Assembly (NCBI GenBank): GCA_045602325.1
Contig: JAZSBH010000091.1
Span: forward strand, 1-58,917
Reading direction: 5' to 3'
Length of the DNA stretch: 58,917 nt
DNA from: Eubacteriales bacterium
GTDB taxonomy: Bacteria; Bacillota; Clostridia; Oscillospirales; CAG-272
Shown: positions 27,905 through 38,033 of the stretch, in pieces
How the letters are laid out: each line of letters begins with the position of its first letter
How positions within the stretch are numbered: position 1 is the stretch's first letter
Notes under the pieces: model-generated
Databases searched by the model: none
What the model saw: only the letters and a program-made list of their open reading frames with translations
Told to the model about the DNA's origin: nothing
Program-made: the position numbers and the translations under genes

Positions 27905-29857
27905 TTAATCCAGCTCTTTCTTGCCGGTATACAGTTCATAGTAACGACCGCCAAGCGCCAGAAGCTGGTCGTGGTTGCCCCGCTCGATGATCTCACCCTT
28001 CTCCAGCACCATAATTGCGTTGGCGTTACGAACGGTGGAGAGGCGGTGAGCGATAACGAAGGTGGTACGGTTCTTCATGAGCCGATCCATACCACGCTCG
28101 ATATGGCGTTCGGTACGGGTATCCACCGAGGAGGTCGCCTCGTCCAGCACCAGAATGGGTGCCTTGGAGATGGCGGCGCGGGCGATGTTAAGAAGCTGAC
28201 GCTGACCCTGGGAAAGGTTGGCACCGTCACCCTCCAGTTTGGTCTGGTAACCGTGCTCCAGACGCATGATGAAGCTGTGGGCAGAGGCGGTCTTGGCGGC
28301 CTCGATAACCTCCTCGTCGGTGGCATCGGGACGGCCGTAGCGGATATTCTCCATGATGGTGCCCGTAAAGAGGTGGGTATCCTGGAGGACCATGGCAATA
28401 TTCGACCGCAGCTCATCCCGCTTGTAGGCACGAATATCCACACCGTCGATGGTAATGGTTCCCTCGTCGATGTCGTAGAAGCGGTTGAGCAGATTGGTGA
28501 CGGTAGTCTTACCTGCGCCCATAGAGCCAACAAAGGCGATCTTCTGGCCGGCGTGAGCGTAGAGACTGACGTGCTTCAGGATGGTCTGACCGGGCAGATA
28601 GCCGAAGGAAACGTCATCCAGCACCACCTCGCCCTTGACCGCTTCCATGCGGATGGCGTCCACGCGGTCTGCCGCCTCAGGCTCCTCGTCCATGACGGCG
28701 AAGACCCGCTCGGCACCCGCCAGCGCCGAGAAGACGGTGGACATCTGCATGGACAGATTGTTGATGGGGAACGAGAAGCGGCGGGCGTAATCGCAGAAGA
28801 CGGTCAGACCGCCCACGTCAAAGCCCGCGAAGATGCAGAGCAGACCGCCCACGCCCGCGGTAACCGCGAAGGACAGGTTGGACAGATTGTGCATGATGGG
28901 ACCCATGACACCGCCGTAGAAATGCGCCTTGAACTGCTTGTCGCGCATATCGTTGTTGAGAGCCTCAAACTCCTCTACGCAGACCTCCTCGTGGTTGAAG
29001 ACCTTGACCACCTTGGAGCCGGTGACCGTCTCCTCGATGTAGCCGTTGACGGCACCAAGGGCGGCCTGCTGGGAAGCGTGGTACTTGGCGGACTTCTTAC
29101 CGATGAGACCGCCGCCGAAAAGGTAGAGGGGAATGAAGGCGGCCGTGATGAGGGTGAGGATCCAGTTGGTGTAGATCATCATCACCAGGGTACCCACCAG
29201 AGTGATGGCGCCCGAGATGAGGCTGGTAACGGTGGAGTTGATCATCATGTCGATGGCATCCACGTCGTTGGTGAAGCGGGACATGAGCTCGCCCGTAGGG
29301 TGGGAGTCGAAATAGCGGACGGGGAGCTTCTGGAGCTTTTTGAAGAGGTCGTTACGAATCTTTTCCACGGCGTTCTGGGCGACCGCGATCATGAGCCGTC
29401 CCTGAAGGTAGGTGGCAACGATTCCCACCGCGTAGATGGTAGCCAGCACCATCAGAATAATGGCCAGACAGCCGATGCGCTGCTCCACCGTAGGAGTGGC
29501 GTTGGCGGCCAGATCGGGCATGAAGACCTGGAGCAGGATACTCTTGGTGTGTGCCGAGACCTCACCGTCGGCGGGAAGGGTCAGGACGTTATAGACATCG
29601 CGGAGGAGGTAGGTACCCGCCATGGAGGTCAGGGTACTGCACAGCATACAGAGCAGAACGATCATCAGGCGGAGACGGTAGGCCGCGATGTATCCGACCA
29701 GACGGCGGATGGTGGCGCGGCTGTTCTTGGGCTTTCCCTTGGCGCGGAAGCCGGGGCCGCCTCTGCGGGGGCCGCCGGGTCCCCCGGGTCCTCCCTTGGG
29801 AAACTTACCGAGGGAGGCATATCGCTTTTGGAGTTCTTCTAAACTTCTGGCTGCCAT
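27905..29857 (-). CDS. Heterodimeric ABC exporter subunit (TM288/EfrB-like)
   Basis: GSMGAGKT, LSQGQRQ, VLDEATS, AHR. Confidence 0.92.
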   Translation of the reverse strand: MAARSLEELQKRYASLGKFPKGGPGGPGGPRRGGPGFRAKGKPKNSRATIRRLVGYIAAYRLRLMIVLLCMLCSTLTSMAGTYLLRDVYNVLTLPADGEVSAHTKSILLQVFMPDLAANATPTVEQRIGCLAIILMVLATIYAVGIVATYLQGRLMIAVAQNAVEKIRNDLFKKLQKLPVRYFDSHPTGELMSRFTNDVDAIDMMINSTVTSLISGAITLVGTLVMMIYTNWILTLITAAFIPLYLFGGGLIGKKSAKYHASQQAALGAVNGYIEETVTGSKVVKVFNHEEVCVEEFEALNNDMRDKQFKAHFYGGVMGPIMHNLSNLSFAVTAGVGGLLCIFAGFDVGGLTVFCDYARRFSFPINNLSMQMSTVFSALAGAERVFAVMDEEPEAADRVDAIRMEAVKGEVVLDDVSFGYLPGQTILKHVSLYAHAGQKIAFVGSMGAGKTTVTNLLNRFYDIDEGTITIDGVDIRAYKRDELRSNIAMVLQDTHLFTGTIMENIRYGRPDATDEEVIEAAKTASAHSFIMRLEHGYQTKLEGDGANLSQGQRQLLNIARAAISKAPILVLDEATSSVDTRTERHIERGMDRLMKNRTTFVIAHRLSTVRNANAIMVLEKGEIIERGNHDQLLALGGRYYELYTGKKELD

Positions 29858-31746
29858 TATGCATTCACCCCCCCACCGTTCATTTCTTTTTTCACTTCTT
29901 CTTTTTGCTTGGTGGCTTCCATCTGGGAGTCGTAGATCTCCTTATACTCCACGTTGGATGCCAGCAGCTCGTCATGGGTGCCCACACCTGTGATGCGACC
30001 CTCGTTGACCACGATGATCTGATCGGCCTCCATCACCGAGGTGATACGCTGGGCGATGATGATCTTGGTGGTATCCTTCAGCGCACCGCGGAAGGTCTCG
30101 CGGATACGCGCCTCAGTGGCGGTGTCCACCGCGCTGGTGGAGTCGTCCAGAATCAGGATCTTGGGCTTTTTCAGAAGTGCGCGGGCAATGCAGAGCCGCT
30201 GCTTCTGTCCGCCCGACACGTTGGTACCGCCCTGCCCCAGGTCGGACTCATACCCATTCTTGAAGCTCGTAACAAAGCCGTCAGCCTGGGCGCTGTCTGC
30301 GGCGGCACGGATGGTATCCATATCCGCGTCACCGTCACCCCAGCGAAGGTTATCCTCGATGGTACCCGAGAACAGGACGTTCTTCTGGAGCACCATGCCC
30401 ACTCCCTCGCGGAGGTTATAGAGAGAATAGTCGCGGACGTTAATGCCGTCCACCAGAATCTCGCCCTCGTCGGCATCGTACAGGCGGGGGATCATGGAGA
30501 CCAGGGTGGTCTTACCGCTGCCCGTGGAGCCGATGATGCCCACGGTGGAGCCGGCCGCGATCCGGAGGCTGACATCGTCCAGCACCTTGCCCTCGCTGCC
30601 CTTGTAGTAGCGGAAGGTGACGTTTCTGAACTCGATCTCACCCCGCTCTACCTGCTTATCGGGATAGGCGGCGGTGGCATCCGAAATGTCGATCTCCTCA
30701 TTCATGACCGCCTTGATGCGCTTGCCCGAGGCCATGGCGCGGGAGGCCTGCATGAAGAGCATGGTCACCATCATGAGGGAGGACAGGATCTGGGTGATGT
30801 AGGTCACGAAGGCGGTGAGGTTACCCACCAGCATACCACTGTCGGGATCCAACACCATGTTACCGCCGAACCACAGCACGGCCATAACGGCACCGTTCAT
30901 GAACAGGGTCATGAGGGGAGACATCCAGATCATGACCATCATGGCGCGGCGGCCTGCCCGCTTGAGGTCGGCGTTGGTCTCGGCGAAACGACGGCTCTCA
31001 TGCTCTTCGCGGACGAAGGATTTGACCACGCGGACGTTGGTCATGTTCTCCTGGACGTTGGCGTTGAGGCCGTCCACCTTCTCCTGCATGGCGTTGAAGC
31101 GGGGGAAGCCCACACAGACGAAAAGGACGATGACCACCAGAATGGCGGGTACCGCGAAGGCCAACACCAAAGCCAGCTGACGGTTAAGGCTGATCGCCAT
31201 GATGAGAGCACCGATGAGCATACCGGGGGAACGGAGAGCCATGCGGAGCAGGGTGTTGACAAAGTTCTGGAGCTGGGTAACGTCGTTGGTCAGACGGGTC
31301 ACCAGGGAGCCGGTGTTGAACTTGTCGATGTTGGCGAAGGAGAACTTCTGAACCTTGCGATAGATGTCGGCACGGAGGTCGGCGGCGAAGTTCACCGCGG
31401 CCTTGGCGCCGAAGTAGGCACCGCCCACACCGCCGACCATCATGAGCACGGCGGTAAGCACCATGCCAACGGCCAAAGCCACCACCAGGGCGGAATCGGT
31501 GCCGAGGAAATCATACAGCCAGGTCAGCCAGGCAGGCGCTTCCTCCATGGTGTGCTTCACACCGAAGTCGATGATGTAGGCCAGCAGCTTGGGCATGACC
31601 ACCTCACCGATGACCTCCACGATCATCAGAAGCGGGCCAATGATGAACCAGGGCAGGTACGGCTTAATATACTTGAACCACCGCAGACGTTCGGGAGCCT
31701 GCGGAGTCTTGACTTGGGTTGCGGGATTGGATGAGGTCACAGTCAC
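29857..31746 (-). CDS. Heterodimeric ABC exporter subunit (TM287/EfrA-like, degenerate site)
   Basis: GSTGSGKT, VSGGQKQR, ILDDSTS, AQR. Confidence 0.92.
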   Translation of the reverse strand: MTVTSSNPATQVKTPQAPERLRWFKYIKPYLPWFIIGPLLMIVEVIGEVVMPKLLAYIIDFGVKHTMEEAPAWLTWLYDFLGTDSALVVALAVGMVLTAVLMMVGGVGGAYFGAKAAVNFAADLRADIYRKVQKFSFANIDKFNTGSLVTRLTNDVTQLQNFVNTLLRMALRSPGMLIGALIMAISLNRQLALVLAFAVPAILVVIVLFVCVGFPRFNAMQEKVDGLNANVQENMTNVRVVKSFVREEHESRRFAETNADLKRAGRRAMMVMIWMSPLMTLFMNGAVMAVLWFGGNMVLDPDSGMLVGNLTAFVTYITQILSSLMMVTMLFMQASRAMASGKRIKAVMNEEIDISDATAAYPDKQVERGEIEFRNVTFRYYKGSEGKVLDDVSLRIAAGSTVGIIGSTGSGKTTLVSMIPRLYDADEGEILVDGINVRDYSLYNLREGVGMVLQKNVLFSGTIEDNLRWGDGDADMDTIRAAADSAQADGFVTSFKNGYESDLGQGGTNVSGGQKQRLCIARALLKKPKILILDDSTSAVDTATEARIRETFRGALKDTTKIIIAQRITSVMEADQIIVVNEGRITGVGTHDELLASNVEYKEIYDSQMEATKQKEEVKKEMNGGGVNA

Positions 31747-32282
31747 ACTTCCTTTCTTGTGCGGGGGTTGCGGGTGGGCTTACGATTCGGCTCCGGCGGT
31801 GGATCGACGGGAGCGCCGGCGGCGTCCAAATTGCGGTCAATGCGCTCCATGAAGGAGAGCAAAGTAGCCATTTCGGCCTCGGAAAAGCCCTCAAACATGG
31901 CTCGGTCGGTGGATTCAAAGATCTCGCGGCTCTCCACGATCTTGGTAAGCCCCTTGTCGGTAATGCGGATCTCGTTGCGGCGGTTGTCCTCGTCGGTCAT
32001 GGAGCGGGCGATATAGCCCTCCTTCTCCAACCGTTTGAGGGTGGTAGTCACGGCGGCGGGGCTGATACCCAACGCTTCGGCCAGCTCCTTTTGGGAGGGG
32101 AGCTCCCCTTCCCTTTTGGCCAAAAGCATCAGCATGCGGTGCTGGCTATGGTGGATATTCAGCGTGCCGATCCGCCTTTCCACACAGGCGTGATGGCGGC
32201 GCATGATGCGGATGAAGATCCCCACCGTCTGCATATGGGGGGAATCGGGGATGCAGCATGCGCACTTCTTTTTCTGTTCCAC
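31743..32282 (-). CDS. MarR-family regulator
   Basis: SQKELAEALGISPAAVTTTLKRLEKEGYI...DNRRNEIRIT. Confidence 0.92.
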   Translation of the reverse strand: MEQKKKCACCIPDSPHMQTVGIFIRIMRRHHACVERRIGTLNIHHSQHRMLMLLAKREGELPSQKELAEALGISPAAVTTTLKRLEKEGYIARSMTDEDNRRNEIRITDKGLTKIVESREIFESTDRAMFEGFSEAEMATLLSFMERIDRNLDAAGAPVDPPPEPNRKPTRNPRTRKEV

Positions 32283-32311
32283 GTCAGGTCTGTCTCCTTT
32301 CGTTTGGCAAT

Positions 32312-32375
32312 TTAACCGTCAAGCAGTTAACGATTAACGCGTTAACTATTATAGCAGATTTTTTCAGTTTGTCAA
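32312..32375 (-). promoter_or_regulatory. marR-ABC promoter with probable MarR operator
   Basis: TTGACA-16bp-TATAAT followed directly by the palindrome AGTTAACG...CGTTAACT. Confidence 0.65.
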
Positions 32376-32423
32376 GGGGATAACATGTGAAAGTTCTGTG
32401 AAATATGCGCGGTGGGTTTTTCC

Positions 32424-32452
32424 TTGACAGAACCGAATGAATATGCTATAAT
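32424..32452 (+). promoter_or_regulatory. Sigma-A promoter with extended -10
   Basis: TTGACA-17bp-TATAAT with TG motif. Confidence 0.75.
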
Positions 32453-32559
32453 TTCGATAATGAGAAAACATTTCAGGTCTATATGCCTATATGACAGATT
32501 CACCCTGCCTAGTAAGTTATATATGGCAGCGCATCATTCATACCGAAAGGAATCGAAAC

Positions 32560-33285
32560 ATGAAACTGACCTTCCATCTCCTCGATACCGAATACGACTG
32601 TGTTCTTCACATCCGGGACGCCGGAGGCACACGGGCTTACCGCATGACCGCCAATGCGACCGTGGGAACCGCCGTGGTGGACTGCATCACCGTGCACGTC
32701 ACGGGAGACACCTGTGAGGTAGTAGCCCTCCCCAAGAGCATTGAGAAAATGAAAGACGAGATCCGGGACTACAAGGGGGATACCTTTGTCGAGACCCTGC
32801 TCATGAAGGCCGTGGGCAAGATGGCCTACGCCGTCTACCGCGATGCCATGCTCCACACAGCCGTCACCTACCGCGTTCCACTCCGCGAGCGCATCGGAAC
32901 GGAAACGGGAGGGGGTGACGCGATCCACCTCCACCTGACCGAACGATTCTACTGTCCCACACCCGAGTGGATGACCGACTTTCTGGAGCTCTACCCCCTC
33001 AATTACGTCTTTTTCGAACTGAGTGAGGGAGACACCCCCTTCCCTCCCGTGGCCGCCCGTGACCTGAACGGACTGGAAGCCCTCCGCTTCGCCCGCAAGT
33101 TCACACTGATGCAGTGCTCGGGAGGCGGGCTGATCCTGTACCCCTTCCTCATGTCCCGTATCAAACGGCTGGCACGCCATCGGGTGATCCTGCGCAAGCT
33201 GAAAAAGCTGTATAAGCTGTCACCCGAGGAGCGGAACCGAAAATTTTTTGATGTGGAGGAAACACCCATTATCGGGAAACTGTAA
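32560..33285 (+). CDS. Hypothetical protein
   Basis: AAGGA RBS; host-like codon usage. Confidence 0.7.
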   Translation: MKLTFHLLDTEYDCVLHIRDAGGTRAYRMTANATVGTAVVDCITVHVTGDTCEVVALPKSIEKMKDEIRDYKGDTFVETLLMKAVGKMAYAVYRDAMLHTAVTYRVPLRERIGTETGGGDAIHLHLTERFYCPTPEWMTDFLELYPLNYVFFELSEGDTPFPPVAARDLNGLEALRFARKFTLMQCSGGGLILYPFLMSRIKRLARHRVILRKLKKLYKLSPEERNRKFFDVEETPIIGKL

Positions 33286-33315
33286 ACCGAACGTAACCGG
33301 AAAGGAGAACCTGTC

Positions 33316-33912
33316 ATGAAAATGAAATTCCATATTTTCCTTGATCGTCGGCAGATTTTCTTTACTGCATTGACGGTTCTCATGAGCTTGGGAGTCGCGG
33401 CCATTGCCACCGATCGAGAGGAGGGCTTGTGGTGGCTCTTCCTCCTGGCGATCGCCCTTGCATCCCTCGCTCTCTCCGTAATGCTGCCCTGCCTGTATAT
33501 CATGAATGATCGGGGTCTGTACAGCTTCTACGCATTCGGCTTTATCCGCCGTTTTATTCCGTGGAAAACCGTGCGGCGGCTGGATATCAAATACAGCACG
33601 GGATACAAGCGGCTTCCTTATTTCGGCGATACTTTTTTGATCAATGGCAAGGCCGAGGGAACCACCCTGTTCTTTACCGAGAACGAGATGGTACGCACCC
33701 GCCGCGCCCGATTGCTGTTGGAGAAGTACACCGGCCACCCCGTGGAGGGGTACTTCATCGACGATTTCCGCGCGTGGCGCAAGAAACGCAAGGAGAAACA
33801 GGAACGGATGCGCCAACACCGCGAGCGAATGGCCCGGGTGGAGCGGAACCGAGCCAAAAAAGAGAGGATGAAACGGAAAAAACAGACGAGGAAGGAGCAA
33901 AACAAGCCATGA
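33316..33912 (+). CDS. Hypothetical membrane protein with basic C-terminal tail
   Basis: AAGGAG RBS; two TM segments; Lys/Arg-rich tail. Confidence 0.7.
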   Translation: MKMKFHIFLDRRQIFFTALTVLMSLGVAAIATDREEGLWWLFLLAIALASLALSVMLPCLYIMNDRGLYSFYAFGFIRRFIPWKTVRRLDIKYSTGYKRLPYFGDTFLINGKAEGTTLFFTENEMVRTRRARLLLEKYTGHPVEGYFIDDFRAWRKKRKEKQERMRQHRERMARVERNRAKKERMKRKKQTRKEQNKP

Positions 33913-34022
33913 CCAAATTTATGAAGAATTATGAAGATTTTTCCCGTCCCCCTTGCCAAAAGCGTCGAATTATGTTATAATACACGTGATATAATGAACC
34001 ATTCCGGAAAGGAGGGAGTCCC

Positions 34023-34664
34023 ATGGCCACCGAGATCCATACAACCGAGAACGGCGATTCCATCGTGCACGCCGATACAAGCACCGTCTTGATCGATGCC
34101 TCGACCGAGGAGAGCAAGAAGGTCTATATAATCCTCAGCCAGACGGGCACCATCCTGTCCCGTATCCTTAAGCTCATCACCCGCGCCCCCTACAATCACT
34201 CCTCCATCGCTCTGACCGAGGATCTGCAGACCATGTACTCCTTCGGACGCACCAACCCCTATAACCCCTTCCACGGCGGCTTCGTGCAGGAGTCCCCCAC
34301 CCACGGCACCTTCAAGCGCTTCAAGAACACCAAGGTCATGGTGCTGGAGACCGAGATCTCGTCCGATACGTATTCCGAGCTGGGTCAGCTCATCCAGCAG
34401 ATGGTTAAGGAAAAGGCTCGCTACCATTACAACTACCTCGGCCTCTTTCTGGCCGCCATCCGGGTTCACCGAGAGAAGCGAAACTGCTACTACTGCTCTG
34501 AATTCGTTAAAGCTATGGTACTCCATATGAATCTCCCCGGCGCCGAAGAAATACCCGACATTGTCAAGCCCATGCATTTCCTGACGGTTCCGCATAAAAC
34601 CGTCTACGTGGGCAAGCTGCAGGAATATGAACCCACCCGTACCGGCCCCACTCCCTCCGTCTGA
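34023..34664 (+). CDS. Permuted papain-like NlpC/P60 (YiiX/YebB-like) protein
   Basis: PYNHSSI (His) precedes YYCSEFV (Cys). Confidence 0.7.
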   Translation: MATEIHTTENGDSIVHADTSTVLIDASTEESKKVYIILSQTGTILSRILKLITRAPYNHSSIALTEDLQTMYSFGRTNPYNPFHGGFVQESPTHGTFKRFKNTKVMVLETEISSDTYSELGQLIQQMVKEKARYHYNYLGLFLAAIRVHREKRNCYYCSEFVKAMVLHMNLPGAEEIPDIVKPMHFLTVPHKTVYVGKLQEYEPTRTGPTPSV

Positions 34665-34879
34665 TCTTCCTATACCGATTTTAGCCCCACACGGTTCTAT
34701 GCCGTGTGGGGTTTCGCATCTTCACCCGCCCGTCATCCGGCCATCACAAAAAATTTAATCTAAATTTTACATTTTTTTCAATATGCACGTAACAATTATG
34801 GGGTATTATAAAATAAATATGTGCAAAATGTATGTTCTGCGCACTATTTTGTAAAATTCTGATGACAGGACGGTGTAAA

Positions 34880-36682
34880 ATGGGAATTTTTGACATTTTA
34901 ACCCTGGTCTGCGGCTTGGCGCTCTTCCTTTACGGTATGGACGTCATGGGCGACGCACTGAAAAAAAGCGCGGGGCGCAAGCTCAAGACCATCCTCGGCA
35001 ATCTTACATCCAACAAATTCAAAGGCTTTTTGCTGGGTCTCGGCGTAACCGCCATCATCCAGTCCTCCTCGGCAACCACGGTCATGGTGGTGGGCTTCGT
35101 TAACTCGGGCACCATGCTCCTGGGGCAGGCCGTCGGCGTCATCATGGGTGCCAACGTGGGTACTGCCGTTACCGCCTGGCTGACCGCGCTCAACGGCATT
35201 GAGGGCGGTGCCGATGCACTGGCCTGGACCCAATGGCTTAAGCCCGATGCCTGGATGCCCATTCTGGCACTCATTGGAATCTGCCTCATCATGTTCTCCA
35301 AGAAGGGTAAAGGCAAGGATTTCGGTGTCATCCTCATGGGATTTGCCGTCTTGATGGTGGGCATGGATCTCATGTCGGGCGCCGTAAGCGGCCTCAAGGG
35401 AGACCCCAACTTTACCAAGCTCCTAACCATGTTCAACAATCCCATTCTGGGCGTGCTGGCCGGTACCATTCTGACCGCCATCGTCCAGTCCTCCTCGGCC
35501 TCGGTCGGTATCCTGCAGGCCTTGTCCTCTACCGGTGCCATCTCCTTCGGCGCCGCCATTCCCATCGTGATGGGACAGAACATCGGCACCTGCGTGACCG
35601 CCATGATCTCGTCCGCCGGCGCCAACAAGAACGGTAAGCGTGCCGCTTTAGTTCACCTGTATTTTAATATTATCGGCGTGGTGGTATGGTTGGGTATGTA
35701 CTACCTGGTTGGTTGGATTCTCAATATGACCGGCACCTTTGATCTTTTCGGTCTTGCCGAAGGAACCTCCATCAACATGTGGGGTATTGCCGCCGTCCAC
35801 ACCGTTTTCAAGATCCTCTGCGTCATTCTCTTCGCACCCCTCACCAAGGTACTGGAAAAGCTTGCCGTTGCCTCCATCAAGGGATCCGACAAGAAGGGCG
35901 ACGAATACACCGATATGCTGGACGAGCGTCTGTTGGACACCCCCTCGGTTGCCATTGAGCGCAGCCGCACCGTGGCCGGCCAAATGGCCACCATTTCGGG
36001 ACAGTATCTCCGTAATTCCATCAGTCTCTTTGAAAACTACGACGGTAAGGCCGCCCAAGAGATCCGCGATGCCGAAGACAAGGTAGATATCTACGAGGAT
36101 GTCCTGGGCTCTTATCTGGTCAAGCTCTCCTCTCAAAGCATGGACGAAAAGGACAGCCACGAGGTCACCAAGCTCCTCCACATCATCGGCGATCTGGAGC
36201 GTATTTCCGACCACTCGGTCAACATCCTGGAATCCGCCGAAGAGATCAAGGACAAGAACCTGACCTTTACCCCCGAGGCCAAGGCGGAGTTGAGTGTTCT
36301 CTACGCCGCCGTTACCGAGATCGTCACCATCACCGAGCAGGCACTCATCCATACCGATATAGAATTGGCCGCCCGGGTCGAGCCCTTGGAGCAGGTGGTT
36401 GACAGCCTCCGCGACGACATCAAGGCCCACCACATCCTCCGTCTCCAGAAGAGCGAATGCACCGTAGAACACGGCTTCGTCCTCTCGGACATCCTCACCA
36501 ATCTGGAACGCGTATCCGATCACTGCTCCAACATCGCAGGCTGTCTCATTGAAATGGCCAAAAACGATACCCTCGACCTCCACGACTACCTGCACCGTGT
36601 CAAGGCAGGCGGTATGGAGTACAACGAGCTGTTCAATCAGTACAAGGAAAAGTACGCGTTGCCCACCGACACGAAAAACTAA
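34880..36682 (+). CDS. Na+/Pi cotransporter with PhoU-like C-terminus
   Basis: Two QSSS repeats, GANVGT/GQNIGT, LERISDH/LERVSDH. Confidence 0.93.
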   Translation: MGIFDILTLVCGLALFLYGMDVMGDALKKSAGRKLKTILGNLTSNKFKGFLLGLGVTAIIQSSSATTVMVVGFVNSGTMLLGQAVGVIMGANVGTAVTAWLTALNGIEGGADALAWTQWLKPDAWMPILALIGICLIMFSKKGKGKDFGVILMGFAVLMVGMDLMSGAVSGLKGDPNFTKLLTMFNNPILGVLAGTILTAIVQSSSASVGILQALSSTGAISFGAAIPIVMGQNIGTCVTAMISSAGANKNGKRAALVHLYFNIIGVVVWLGMYYLVGWILNMTGTFDLFGLAEGTSINMWGIAAVHTVFKILCVILFAPLTKVLEKLAVASIKGSDKKGDEYTDMLDERLLDTPSVAIERSRTVAGQMATISGQYLRNSISLFENYDGKAAQEIRDAEDKVDIYEDVLGSYLVKLSSQSMDEKDSHEVTKLLHIIGDLERISDHSVNILESAEEIKDKNLTFTPEAKAELSVLYAAVTEIVTITEQALIHTDIELAARVEPLEQVVDSLRDDIKAHHILRLQKSECTVEHGFVLSDILTNLERVSDHCSNIAGCLIEMAKNDTLDLHDYLHRVKAGGMEYNELFNQYKEKYALPTDTKN

Positions 36683-36760
36683 AACCCCTTTGGGCACCGC
36701 CAACCACGACGGTGCCCTTCTGCTTCCCTTTACCCATTACAACAGGAACGAGGTAATTTT

Positions 36761-37549
36761 ATGAGAGAACTCGGTATCAACATCGGCGCACACAAGGAGA
36801 TGGACGTCCCCACCTTCTGTGCCTTTATCCGCGAACTGGGCTTTACCCGTGTGTTTTCGGGATCCACCAACCCCGACAACGTGCGCGCACACGCCAACCA
36901 CGTAGCCGCCCACGGCCTGTGCTACGATACCCTCCACGCCCCCTTCAAGGGCATCATGAACGCCATCTGGCACGAGGGAGAAGAAGGCGAGGACACCCTC
37001 CGCCAACTGACCGGCTGCGTAGACCTTTGCGCCGAGATCGGCGCGCCCATCGCCGTGGTACATCTGTCTGCAGGGAACAATCCCCCGCCTCCCACCGATA
37101 TTGGCCGAGGACGGTTCATCCGCCTCGTGGATCACGCCGTGAGCAAGGGCATTAAGATCGCCTTTGAAAACCAGCGCAAGCTGGCCAATATCGCCTGGGC
37201 CTTTGAGGAATTCCGCGACGTTCCCGAGGTGGGTTTCTGCTGGGACTGCGGCCACGAGGGTTGCTTTACCCCCAGGCGGCAGTATATGCCCCTGTTCGGC
37301 GACCGTCTCATCTGCACCCATATCCAGGACAACGAGGGCATCCTGAACCAGGACACCCATCTCATCCCCTTCGACGGAGCCCTGGATTTTGGTTACGTAG
37401 CCGACGCCCTGCGCGCCGCTCCTGCCGTCCCTCTGGTGCTGGAAATGAAGCGCAAGGCGGTTCCCTATGAGAACATGAGCGACGAGGAGTATCTCACGCG
37501 CGCCGCCGAAGCTGTTAAGCGACTCAGACGAATGATCGAGGAAGATTGA
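36761..37549 (+). CDS. Sugar-phosphate isomerase/epimerase (AP endonuclease 2 TIM barrel)
   Basis: AFEN, CWDCGH, HIQDN, HLIPFDG, LVLE. Confidence 0.85.
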   Translation: MRELGINIGAHKEMDVPTFCAFIRELGFTRVFSGSTNPDNVRAHANHVAAHGLCYDTLHAPFKGIMNAIWHEGEEGEDTLRQLTGCVDLCAEIGAPIAVVHLSAGNNPPPPTDIGRGRFIRLVDHAVSKGIKIAFENQRKLANIAWAFEEFRDVPEVGFCWDCGHEGCFTPRRQYMPLFGDRLICTHIQDNEGILNQDTHLIPFDGALDFGYVADALRAAPAVPLVLEMKRKAVPYENMSDEEYLTRAAEAVKRLRRMIEED

Positions 37550-37601
37550 GGATTTACCAATGAATTTTTCAAGGGGAGAATGACTTTTTTGCATTTTCCC
37601 C

Positions 37602-37630
37602 TTGACAAACGGGGGGCTTTGTGCTATACT
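37602..37630 (+). promoter_or_regulatory. Sigma-A promoter of the dap operon
   Basis: TTGACA-17bp-TATACT with TG motif. Confidence 0.8.
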
Positions 37631-37640
37631 GTCCCCATCA

Positions 37641-37800
37641 AATGATAGAGGCGCACTGCACGAAGAGTACCGCACATCACCATGGTTGCCAAAACCGTGC
37701 GGGAAAGGCGTGGGTGCCGAAGCGGATGCCGTGGCAGGCATTTCGACTGGCCAGACGGAGAACATCCGTCGGGTTGTCGCAGCAATGCGGAGAGCTATCC
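37641..37800 (+). ncRNA. Lysine riboswitch (L-box)
   Basis: GATAGAGGCGC...AGAGTA...GAAAGG...GCCGAAG...GAGAGCTATC (P1 GATAG/CTATC); upstream of dapA; hairpin and T-run near 37853-37880. Confidence 0.92.
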
Positions 37801-37949
37801 AGAACCGAACTCCCGCCCGGAAAGGGATGTTTTCGGTGGATACCCGTAGATTGCCCGCTCCCGCCAAGGGGGCTTTTTCTATGGGTAAAAGATTCGTCTT
37901 GAATGAGAAATACATATATAGCCTCTGACCACAAAAACATATTTGGGAA

Positions 37950-38018
37950 CAGGTTTTGGGGATTCTTAAACCCTTTTTACAAAGGTGTTTAAGCGAGGCT
38001 TGGGGGCAGAGCCCCAAA
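37950..38018. repeat. Intergenic palindromic repeat, copy 3
   Basis: AGGTTTTGGGGATTCTTAAACCCTTTTTACAAAGGTGTTTAAG...GGGGCAGAGCCCC. Confidence 0.6.
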
Positions 38019-38033
38019 AAGAAAGGAACTACC

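Noticed and set aside
28505-28530. Walker A GSMGAGKT as an inactivating change
   Set aside because: The variant position is an x in GxxGxGKT; other motifs are intact
37602-37940. ORFs in the dapA leader
   Set aside because: Explained by the promoter, lysine riboswitch and terminator
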